This document shows, one piece after another, positions 29,715 to 38,230 of a stretch of DNA of 64,000 nt. The notes under the pieces were generated by a model. The model saw nothing but the letters and a program-made list of their open reading frames with translations, did no database searches and was not told where the DNA came from. Source of the DNA: an uncultured bacterium (lineage in GTDB: Bacteria > JAGOEH01); the NCBI GenBank assembly GCA_964632485.1, contig CAZWDO010000014.1, forward strand, positions 1-64,000. Reading direction: 5' to 3'. The position numbers were made by a program, and so were the translations under genes. Each line of letters begins with the position of its first letter. The first letter of the stretch is position 1.

Positions 29715-29743
29715 ATTTTAAGAAAAATGGAGTAAAAAGTCAA
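29715..29743 (-). promoter_or_regulatory. sigma70-type promoter of pbpC (likely leaderless transcript)
   Basis: TTGACT-N17-TAAAAT-N6-ATG. Confidence 0.65.
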
Positions 29744-29754
29744 CAATTTTTAAC

Positions 29755-29782
29755 TTGATATTTTTTTCTTTTCATGTATATT
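29755..29782 (+). promoter_or_regulatory. sigma70-type promoter upstream of hydrolase-paaK-ACT
   Basis: TTGATA-N16-TATATT. Confidence 0.5.
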
Positions 29783-30010
29783 TAAAAAAAGAACGCGGGA
29801 ACGTCCCGGGAAATTTGTATCCGGTTCTCTAATGACGATTCTTTTCCGGTTTTAAGTTGGAACAGACGTTCATTATTGAAATATTCCCCATGACGGGTTG
29901 AAACTGATTTCTGAATGTGTAAAAAAGGAAAGAGATGGTCCAATCATCTGGTTTTAAAATTTTGTTTTACCTTTTATTTGTCAATCAAATATCGGTATTG
30001 GAGGATTTCT

Positions 30011-30907
30011 GTGAAAACTGTTTTTCTTTTCATCAATTTGATTAGTATGGCTCTCTGGATGAATCGTCTGGAAAGTCAGCCATTGGCGGAACGTTATGCT
30101 GGATATGGAAAGCTGCGGATTGTTCCGATGCGAAATGCGCTTTTTCCCCATGCGCAACGTGAAAAGGGCTATACATATCGGGATGAATTCTATTCCTCTG
30201 AGCAGCATTATCAGGATAGTTCCGTCGCTTTATTTATTCCTCGGGAATATAACCCGGGCGATTCTGTGAATCTGGTATTCCATTTTCATGGGTGGCGCAA
30301 CCATATTGACAGTGTTTTCGCGCAGTTTAAACTGATTGAGCAGTTTTGCGCCAGTGGGTACCCCGGAATACTGGTCGTACCACAGGGTCCATTTGATGCG
30401 CCGGATTCCCATGGGGGAAAGTTAGAAGAGATCAATGGATTTACCCGGTTGGTGGATGAAATTGTTAATGATCTGTATCAGGAAAAATTTATCAGGCAAC
30501 CCCGTATCGGCGACATTCTCCTTTCGGGACATAGCGGCGCCTATCGAGTTATTGCGCGGATTTTGGCCCGGGGAGGGATGCAGGATAAGATTCACTCCGT
30601 TTTTCTATTTGATGCGCTTTATGCTGATCTTGAAAAATATACGTATTGGTTATGCCGCAATGATGGACGACTTTTTATAATTTATACCGACGATGGTGGA
30701 ACCGATGAGGAAACCATTACGCTCATGGACAATTTGACTGGATGGCAATTACCTTTTTTCAAATATGAGGAAAAAACGATTGATTGGCGGGAGCTGGAAA
30801 ACCAACGTCTGGTGTTTATTCATACAGAGTTGACACATAACCAGGTTATCAGTGAACGTCGGCAGTTTTATCATTTTTTACAAGCGATTCAAACAAAAGT
30901 TGAATAG
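30011..30907 (+). CDS. Exported alpha/beta-hydrolase-fold hypothetical protein
   Basis: GTG 30011 after GGAGG gives a signal peptide; FHFHGW, LSGHSGAY nucleophile-elbow motif, LFDALY, distal His (LTHNQV). Confidence 0.72.
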   Translation: MKTVFLFINLISMALWMNRLESQPLAERYAGYGKLRIVPMRNALFPHAQREKGYTYRDEFYSSEQHYQDSSVALFIPREYNPGDSVNLVFHFHGWRNHIDSVFAQFKLIEQFCASGYPGILVVPQGPFDAPDSHGGKLEEINGFTRLVDEIVNDLYQEKFIRQPRIGDILLSGHSGAYRVIARILARGGMQDKIHSVFLFDALYADLEKYTYWLCRNDGRLFIIYTDDGGTDEETITLMDNLTGWQLPFFKYEEKTIDWRELENQRLVFIHTELTHNQVISERRQFYHFLQAIQTKVE

Positions 30908-30945
30908 AATCTGTTTACATCTTTTTCCACCAAAAGGAGAACTGC

Positions 30946-32253
30946 ATGAATAATTATTTTTGGCAAGCGGATGAAGAGACCATGTCGCAATCGATTCGGC
31001 AGACACTGCAACTCTATCGATTGCAACATTTATTGGGATATTTGAATCAACGGGTGTCATTTTATCGGGAACGTTTCAAGGGGATGGAAGGCGATGCGAT
31101 CAATATTCGGAGTTTAGCAGAATTAGCTCGCTATCCTTTTACCGTGAAGACTGATTTACGGGATTATTATCCATTTGGTCTATTTGCCGCCCCGGAAGAA
31201 GAGATTGTCCGATTACATGCTTCTTCGGGTACGACTGGCAAACCGATTGTTGTCGCTTATACGCGGCAGGATATCGCGTTATGGTCCGATGCTATGGCGC
31301 GAACGCTCTGCGCGGGAGGTATTGATGCGCGGGATATTATTCAGATTGCGTATGGCTATGGGTTGTTTACCGGGGGACTGGGTGTCCATTATGGCGCGGA
31401 ACGGCTGGGGGCGACGGTCGTCCCGATTTCAGGCGGGAATACGGCCAAACAGTTGACGATTCTGCAGGATTTCGGAACGACTGCCTTGGCTTGCACTCCT
31501 TCCTATTCGATCTATATGGCTGAAGAGGGACAGAACCTGGGACTTGATTTTGAGCGTTGCAAAGTTAAAGTCGGGTTTTTTGGCGCGGAACCCTGGTCGG
31601 AAAAAATGCGCAGGCAGATTGAGGCGATATGGCATATTAAAGCGCTTGATATTTATGGCCTGAGTGAAATCATTGGCCCCGGAGTCGCGTTTGAATGCGA
31701 ATACCAAAATGGACTCCATGTCAATGAGGACCATTTTTACCCGGAAATTATCAATCCGGTTACCGGAGACATCTTGCCCGATGGTGAAGTTGGTGAACTG
31801 GTCTTTACTACCCTGACTAAACAGGGGATCCCCTTGTTACGCTATCGTACCCGCGATTTAACCTGTATCATACCGGAACCTTGCCCCTGCGGCCGTACCC
31901 TTCGCCGGATTGCCCGCATTATGGGCCGGAGCGATGATATGATTATTATTCGCGGCGTCAATGTCTTTCCCTCCCAGATCGAAGAGATTCTGCTCAATAT
32001 CGAAGGCACGGAACCCCACTATGTGTTGATTATCGATCGGGAAAAATCATTGGATACTCTGGAAGTTCAAGTTGAACTCAACGAAAAATTCTTTTCGGAT
32101 GAAATTCGTAAACTCGAGGTGTTCCAACAGCTCATCCGGGATCGTATCCATGCGGTCACTGGTATCCATGCGGCGATAAAACTGGTTGCCCCTCATACGA
32201 TCCAACGCAGTGAAGGGAAAGCTAAACGGGTCATTGATCGCCGGGGTCAATAA
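30946..32253 (+). CDS. paaK: Phenylacetate-CoA ligase
   Basis: HASSGTTGKP, YGYGLFTGGLG, GAEPWSE, DIYGLSE, RYRTRD, GRSDDMIIIRGVNVFPSQIE, SEGKAKRVID. Confidence 0.95.
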   Translation: MNNYFWQADEETMSQSIRQTLQLYRLQHLLGYLNQRVSFYRERFKGMEGDAINIRSLAELARYPFTVKTDLRDYYPFGLFAAPEEEIVRLHASSGTTGKPIVVAYTRQDIALWSDAMARTLCAGGIDARDIIQIAYGYGLFTGGLGVHYGAERLGATVVPISGGNTAKQLTILQDFGTTALACTPSYSIYMAEEGQNLGLDFERCKVKVGFFGAEPWSEKMRRQIEAIWHIKALDIYGLSEIIGPGVAFECEYQNGLHVNEDHFYPEIINPVTGDILPDGEVGELVFTTLTKQGIPLLRYRTRDLTCIIPEPCPCGRTLRRIARIMGRSDDMIIIRGVNVFPSQIEEILLNIEGTEPHYVLIIDREKSLDTLEVQVELNEKFFSDEIRKLEVFQQLIRDRIHAVTGIHAAIKLVAPHTIQRSEGKAKRVIDRRGQ

Positions 32254-32358
32254 AGTGATACTCCCCAGCCCTTCGGCTCGAAGGTAAGCGTCTAAATTCC
32301 TATATCGGTCGCGGAACCTGTTTAATAGATCGATCAACGCACTCAAAGGAGTTTGTTT

Positions 32359-32790
32359 ATGTTTCTACCCCAATTATCGGTTTTTATGGAAAATACTCCC
32401 GGAGCCTTACAGCAGGCGATTGATATTATGGCAAGTGAAAAAATCAATATCAGAGCTGTAACTCTTGCTGATACTAAGGATTTTGGAATCTTGAGATTAA
32501 TTGTCGATCAACCCGACAAAGCCCATGATATCCTGAAATCTCATCAATTTGCAACCGTTGTCAATGAAGTAATGGCGGTTGAAATCCCGGATCGTCCGGG
32601 AGGGCTGGCCGGATTGATTAATACGTTGAGCGCCGACGGCATCAATATTGAATATATGTATGGATTTTTAGAAAAAAACAGTGATAATGCCATTATTGTA
32701 ATTCGCGTTGAGAACCTGCAAAATGCCGTCAATATTTTATTGAAAAATCAGTATCGAATTTTAACGAAGGAGAATTTGTCGACAATCTGA
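32359..32790 (+). CDS. Tandem ACT-domain protein (common paaK neighbour)
   Basis: QLSVFMENTPG, INIRAVTLADTKDFGILRLIV, PDRPGGL, INIEYMY. Confidence 0.9.
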   Translation: MFLPQLSVFMENTPGALQQAIDIMASEKINIRAVTLADTKDFGILRLIVDQPDKAHDILKSHQFATVVNEVMAVEIPDRPGGLAGLINTLSADGINIEYMYGFLEKNSDNAIIVIRVENLQNAVNILLKNQYRILTKENLSTI

Positions 32791-32939
32791 TCGTCGGCCG
32801 TTTTTAAATTTTTTTAATAGGTTTACTCTGCATCCGGATATCTTTTTATACAGTAGGTTTTCTATTTTGTAGTTAATCGACGATTATTGTCAGTATCTAT
32901 CCCTCCAATGGGATCTGGAGCTATAAATTGATGATGGAA

Positions 32940-35900
32940 TTACTTAGGTGTAGAATCCTCAGGCAGGCTGAAATAGAAAGTAGAGCCTTCACCCAGGGTG
33001 CTCGTGACTCCGACCTGACCTCCATGGAGTTCGACTATTTTTTTAACAATAGCCAGCCCCAATCCGGTGCTGGATTCGCCACCGGTCGGTTTGGCGCTCA
33101 GTTTTTTAAAAGTGGTGAACACTTCTTTCAAATCGGCGGGATTCAGTCCGACGCCTGAATCTTTTATGTAGGTCAGGATGGATTTGTTTTTCCGTTCGAT
33201 TGATATTTCCACGATACCAAACGCATGTGTGTATTTTAACGCGTTGCTAATCAAATTTTCCAATACTTCAGTGATTCGATGCGGATCGATATTCAATTCA
33301 ATCGCTTCCAGGGGGGGGATATAAGTTAATTTGATATTCTTTTGGTGCGCTATTTCATTATAAAACAATGTGACTTCGAGGGTTAAAGTGGCATAATCAC
33401 AATGGGTCCGGTTGAGTACCACCTTCCCTGATTCAATCGAGGATATGTCGAGCAGATCGTTAATCAATTTAGACATGCGGACAACGTTGGATTGAATTTT
33501 ATCGATGTAGGGTTGCGCCATTATTTGATTGAACTGTTCTTGCTTCATATAATGAGAAATCAGTCCAATGTAGCCGTTTATCACGGATAAAGGATTTCGT
33601 AAATCATGGGCGGCCATTCCTAAAAAGGCATTTTTCTTTTCGTTTAGTTTTTTTAATTCATCCAGCATTTGAGATTTGATGAAAGCGGTTAGAATATGTT
33701 CGTTCAAATTGATTAAAAGGCTCAGTCGGTTTTGCAGAAAATTATCGATCTCTTTTTTGGGGTCGCGATAAATCTGTACTAAATAGCCTTCGATTTTATT
33801 ATTAACACGAAGACGGAGTGAAATAAAGGCGCTAAGTTTGGGGAAATGGGGTAGATATTGCTGAAAAACTTCGATGTCCGGAGATTTCTGCAAAAAAATA
33901 TCCTGGAGCAGGGGTTGGCAATTGCGGCTAAATAATTCTTCCGCTTGAGAAAAACTGAGTTCAATATTTTCTTGCTGGATAATGTTGATTGTCGATGCTA
34001 TTTGATAGATTTGTTCTGCTTTGTTGAAAATCAGGATTATTGCCATATCGGAATTCAGAATTGTACGGGTTGATTCCAGAATTGAATTGAGTACATGATT
34101 GAATTCTATTTCACTATTGAGCAGCTTGACCATTTGATTGATCTGTTCCATAATATGGTTTTTCATTTCCAGTTCACTGTTTTTTAAATCCAATTGATGG
34201 CTTTTTTCCTGGATTTCCAGTGTACGGATTTTAACCAGTTTTTCAAGTTCGACTTTTCGTTTTTCAACCAGGTTGATCCGGCGTTTATAAAATGTATAAA
34301 GTGAAAGAATACCAATGAATAGGGTTAAAAAGCGGAAATAAAAAGTTTTCCAGAATGGGGGATGAATAACCAGATCAACAGATATCCCGTCTTCATTCCA
34401 TATCCCGTCGGAATTTGATGCTTTGACGTGGAATTTATAGTTGCCGGGTTCGATGTTGGTAAATTGAATATAGTTGCGATTATCCAGCGTTTGCCATTCC
34501 GTATCGAAACCCTCCAGTTTGTATTGAAATCGATTGCGCAATGGCGCCACAAAATCAAGCGCGGCGACTTCAAACGAAAAAACCTGGTGGGTATAATCAA
34601 GTTCGATTTGACGAGTCGTGTGAATGGCATTTGGAAGAGGAAAATCCTGGTTAAATACTTTGAATGCTGTTATGACGATGGGTGGCGGCAATAGATTGAG
34701 TTTCAGACTGTCCGGATGGAAATAGTTTAAGCCGTTGATTCCTCCGAAGAAAAATTCTCCCTGGGTGTTGGCAAAGTAGGCATTAACGTTAAATTCGTTG
34801 CTTTGCAGTCCGTCCCCAGATGTATAATGATCGATAGTTCCCGTTCCCGGGTCTAAACAGAAAAGTCCGTAGTTGCTACTAAACCATATTCGCGCCTTTT
34901 TGTCAGCCAATATTCCATAAATGATGGATTGAGGAATTTTCTCTGATCCGGAAAAAATCTGAAATCGGTTCTCCGGCAGATTGTAGCATACAACACCTTC
35001 TCCAGTACCGATCCAGATTTGTTGGTTGGCATCTTCACAGAAACAGTAGATACTATTGCTGAAGATTCCGAAAGTATCCTGCTCGGTTACTGTGAAGTGC
35101 CGGATATCAGTAAGTGATTCATTAATTAGGTAAGCGCCTTTATCCATAGTTCCCACCCAAATGTTTCGATGGCTGTCTTGAAAAAGTGATCGGATCAGGT
35201 TGGATTGAATTTCTTGAGATTGCTTGAAATGGCTGTTGAGATCGAAAAATTTTTTTTGGTCGGGATGATAGTAGCAAAGTCCGCCGTTGGTGCCAACCCA
35301 TATCCTTTGTTGGCGATCGCAGAGAGTGATCCATGTCCGGTCATTAATCAGGCTGTTGGAATTTCTGGGATCATACGTAAAAGAAGAAAATTGGGTCCTG
35401 TCTTTGTTTAGCCGGGATAATCCCTGTGTTGTTCCAATCCAGAGGTTATCTGAAGAATCGATGGAGAGCGACCACACATTGTCATGAATTAAGGAGTTTG
35501 GGTTACTGGGATTATTGGTAAAGTATAAATAGCGGCCCGTTTGAAGGTCATAACAATTTAATCCACCGTTTTGGGCGCCGATCCAGAGTTTATTCGCGCG
35601 ATCCTGGACAATTGACCAAATGACCGGGGAAGAGAGTGACTGGGTATCCTGTGGGGCATGATGAAGGAAATTAAATTTGGGTTTGTATATTTTAGCCAAT
35701 CCCTTGGCGCTGACTCCCGCCCATAAGAGTTCGGTTCGGTCAGAATACAGCGAAAGGATGGTCGTGTTCGAGTAATCATCGATGGTCAATATCCGGTTGT
35801 TGATGGGTTTCAGCGTTTTTTCCTCGGGATCGAATTGAAAGATTCCGTAGTTGTATGTGCCCAGCCAAATTGTGCCGCTGCTATCACGGCACCAGGATCG

Positions 35901-36668
35901 GTAATAATTAGTGGGGAGCCTGACGGGAGAATCCTTCCCCGTGGTATAGTGAGTAATGAGTTCGCTTTGGGGATCGATATGGTATAACCCATCACCAAGG
36001 GTCCCCACCCAGATTGTTTGATCGGCAATGGGTATGACGAAACGGACCGGGTCCGTTAAGTTCTCCAGGTAGTGTTCAATAGTTTTAGTTGTCGGACTAT
36101 ATTCGAAAACCCCTTGATCTGTGGATATCCAGAGATTGTTTGTTTCTCCCCCAATGATATTGTTAATGGTAAGAGTTTGCGAATCATGCTTTTTTAAATG
36201 GACCGGCGTAAGGAGGGAGTCATCGCGTAATATATAAAGGCCCTGTTCATTTGTGCCTATCCAAATGTTTCCTTCGGAATCACACCAAAGCGCTTCTACT
36301 GAATAGTTTTTTAGCGCGTGTATACGTTGAAAATTGTCTGTTTTCCGCTGGTAGTAGCACAATCCTTCTGTAGTACCCACCCACAAACGCTGGGCATTAT
36401 CCTCGATGATACTGATTATCCAATTGTTATTGAGTGAGTTGAAATTGTTTCGTTCCTTTTTGTAAAGTTTAAATCTGGAACCATCATAGCGATTCAATCC
36501 ATCTTCTGTGCCAACCCAGAGGAATCCCTGATAATCCTGATAGACGCAGTATGGAGTATTTTCTGATAAACCGTCTTCTAATGTCAATTTAGTCAGCAGA
36601 TAATCGGAAGCGATCAACGAGCTGCAAAAGAATTGGATCATACTTATCAGAAGGATTGGTTTTATCAT
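32940..36668 (-). CDS. Membrane sensor histidine kinase: beta-propeller + Y_Y_Y + TM + GAF-like + HisKA/HATPase
   Basis: Signal peptide, LWIGT propeller repeats, DGLQSNEFN, PPFWKT + TM, AAHDLRNPL, NLISNALKY, DSGVG, GGESSTGLGLAIVKKIVELHGG. Confidence 0.95.
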   Translation of the reverse strand: MIKPILLISMIQFFCSSLIASDYLLTKLTLEDGLSENTPYCVYQDYQGFLWVGTEDGLNRYDGSRFKLYKKERNNFNSLNNNWIISIIEDNAQRLWVGTTEGLCYYQRKTDNFQRIHALKNYSVEALWCDSEGNIWIGTNEQGLYILRDDSLLTPVHLKKHDSQTLTINNIIGGETNNLWISTDQGVFEYSPTTKTIEHYLENLTDPVRFVIPIADQTIWVGTLGDGLYHIDPQSELITHYTTGKDSPVRLPTNYYRSWCRDSSGTIWLGTYNYGIFQFDPEEKTLKPINNRILTIDDYSNTTILSLYSDRTELLWAGVSAKGLAKIYKPKFNFLHHAPQDTQSLSSPVIWSIVQDRANKLWIGAQNGGLNCYDLQTGRYLYFTNNPSNPNSLIHDNVWSLSIDSSDNLWIGTTQGLSRLNKDRTQFSSFTYDPRNSNSLINDRTWITLCDRQQRIWVGTNGGLCYYHPDQKKFFDLNSHFKQSQEIQSNLIRSLFQDSHRNIWVGTMDKGAYLINESLTDIRHFTVTEQDTFGIFSNSIYCFCEDANQQIWIGTGEGVVCYNLPENRFQIFSGSEKIPQSIIYGILADKKARIWFSSNYGLFCLDPGTGTIDHYTSGDGLQSNEFNVNAYFANTQGEFFFGGINGLNYFHPDSLKLNLLPPPIVITAFKVFNQDFPLPNAIHTTRQIELDYTHQVFSFEVAALDFVAPLRNRFQYKLEGFDTEWQTLDNRNYIQFTNIEPGNYKFHVKASNSDGIWNEDGISVDLVIHPPFWKTFYFRFLTLFIGILSLYTFYKRRINLVEKRKVELEKLVKIRTLEIQEKSHQLDLKNSELEMKNHIMEQINQMVKLLNSEIEFNHVLNSILESTRTILNSDMAIILIFNKAEQIYQIASTINIIQQENIELSFSQAEELFSRNCQPLLQDIFLQKSPDIEVFQQYLPHFPKLSAFISLRLRVNNKIEGYLVQIYRDPKKEIDNFLQNRLSLLINLNEHILTAFIKSQMLDELKKLNEKKNAFLGMAAHDLRNPLSVINGYIGLISHYMKQEQFNQIMAQPYIDKIQSNVVRMSKLINDLLDISSIESGKVVLNRTHCDYATLTLEVTLFYNEIAHQKNIKLTYIPPLEAIELNIDPHRITEVLENLISNALKYTHAFGIVEISIERKNKSILTYIKDSGVGLNPADLKEVFTTFKKLSAKPTGGESSTGLGLAIVKKIVELHGGQVGVTSTLGEGSTFYFSLPEDSTPK

Positions 36669-36776
36669 AAAATTGCTCCTGCATTTTTATATTTTTGGCA
36701 TACTTCTATATAATATCACTTTTTTTTAAAAAAAACAAGTATTTTAAAAACCAGAAAATTCATAATAAAAAAGAGC

Positions 36777-36804
36777 TTGACCTTTTTTTTAATTTAAGTA
36801 TATT
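36777..36804 (+). promoter_or_regulatory. sigma70-type promoter of the HD-GYP gene (likely leaderless transcript)
   Basis: TTGACC-N16-TATATT-N6-ATG, with no Shine-Dalgarno sequence. Confidence 0.6.
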
Positions 36805-36810
36805 ATATTT

Positions 36811-38040
36811 ATGGTAAAAACCGAAGAACTTTTAAAAAAATTAATTACAATTGGTGTTTCTTTATCCAGTATCCGGGATTTGGACCAATTATTGGATCGA
36901 ATCTTATTGGAAAGCCGTAAAATAACCCAGGCTGATTCCGGGTCAATCTATTTAGTGGAAAAAAAGAATCTGATTTTTAAGATTTCTCAGAACGATACTT
37001 TATCTCATCGTTGGGGCGAAGAACGGTTTAGACAGAGCTTCAGCTCCTTTATGCTTGAGATCACTGAAGAGAGTATGGCCGGTTATGTGGCTAAATACGG
37101 TCGAATTATCAATATTCCCGATGTCTATGAGATGCCTGAGCAACTCCCGTTTAGGCACAACCGCTCATTTGATGAGAAAAACGAGTATCGCACCCAATCA
37201 ATGCTGACGATACCGATGAAGAATAATGTCGATCAGGTGATAGGTGTCCTCCAGTTGATTAATGCCAAAAAAGGTCGGGAAGTAATTGCATTTGAAAGCG
37301 AGCTGCATCCGATACTGGAGGCGCTGGCTTCGCAGGCGGCGGTCGCCATGGAGAATGCGTTGCTGCATCAGCGTTTGAAAGAAGCCCATCTGGATACGGT
37401 ATTAAAACTCGGAGTGGCGGCCGAGTATCGCGATCGTGAAACGGCAAATCATATTAAACGCGTATCGCTCTATAGCGGAGTTTTAGCGGGTAATCTGGGT
37501 TGGAGAGGCGATCAATTGGAGCTAATCATCCATGCGGCACCAATGCATGATGTGGGAAAAGTCGGAATTCCGGATTCGGTGTTGCAAAAGCCCGGCCGAT
37601 TAACGCCTGCGGAACGTCAAATCATGGAGTATCATACGATTATTGGCGCCGCTATCCTGCGCCATTCCAACGATGAATTATTAAAAATATCACGTATTGT
37701 CGCTTTGACTCATCATGAAAAATGGAATGGGCAGGGTTATCCCCAAGGGCTTAAAGCTGCCAATATTCCCATCGAAGGACGAATTACCGCAATTGCCGAT
37801 GTTTATGACGCGCTTTCCGCTAAAAGGGTTTATAAAGACGCCTTTCCCGAAGAAAAAGTTTTAGCCATTATGACCGAGGAAAGAGGTCAGCATTTCGATC
37901 CCGATCTCATCGATATTTTTCTGGCTAATCTGGATGAATTTCGCCATATCCGCACCGAATACCATGACGAAAAAGCAGAATTGGATTTTATTGAAGAACT
38001 CGCCAAAATCGATCTGGGTGAACTCAGTGAAGATGGGTAA
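36811..38040 (+). CDS. GAF + HD-GYP cyclic-di-GMP phosphodiesterase
   Basis: GAF (YRTQSMLTIPM..GVLQLIN); ETANHIKRV, MHDVGK, HHEKWNGQGYP, IADVYDAL, HFDP all intact. Confidence 0.93.
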   Translation: MVKTEELLKKLITIGVSLSSIRDLDQLLDRILLESRKITQADSGSIYLVEKKNLIFKISQNDTLSHRWGEERFRQSFSSFMLEITEESMAGYVAKYGRIINIPDVYEMPEQLPFRHNRSFDEKNEYRTQSMLTIPMKNNVDQVIGVLQLINAKKGREVIAFESELHPILEALASQAAVAMENALLHQRLKEAHLDTVLKLGVAAEYRDRETANHIKRVSLYSGVLAGNLGWRGDQLELIIHAAPMHDVGKVGIPDSVLQKPGRLTPAERQIMEYHTIIGAAILRHSNDELLKISRIVALTHHEKWNGQGYPQGLKAANIPIEGRITAIADVYDALSAKRVYKDAFPEEKVLAIMTEERGQHFDPDLIDIFLANLDEFRHIRTEYHDEKAELDFIEELAKIDLGELSEDG

Positions 38041-38230
38041 AAAATGGGCGTTGGCTCCCCGCCTGGATTGATTGCTGGACTTCCAGTATTCAATCTTTTC
38101 GAGCCTGAATGTGTTAAATAAAATATTTGGTTTTAAATTGTCGGCTGTGATCAAATAACCCCCTGAGAGTGCGTTTGTAATCTGCGTGTTTAGGGATGAT
38201 TTATTATTTTAGATTTTTAAAATTGATGAT

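Noticed and set aside
29799..29871. Purine or fluoride riboswitch, or hammerhead ribozyme (GTTCTCTA, CTAATGAC)
   Set aside because: Kissing-loop sequences, the 5' GGnGAUG motif and the CUGAUGA/GAAA core are missing; kept only as an unknown structure.
32255..32350. TPP riboswitch (GAACCTG present)
   Set aside because: No UGAGA motif and no matching 3' GCGnAGGGA segment.
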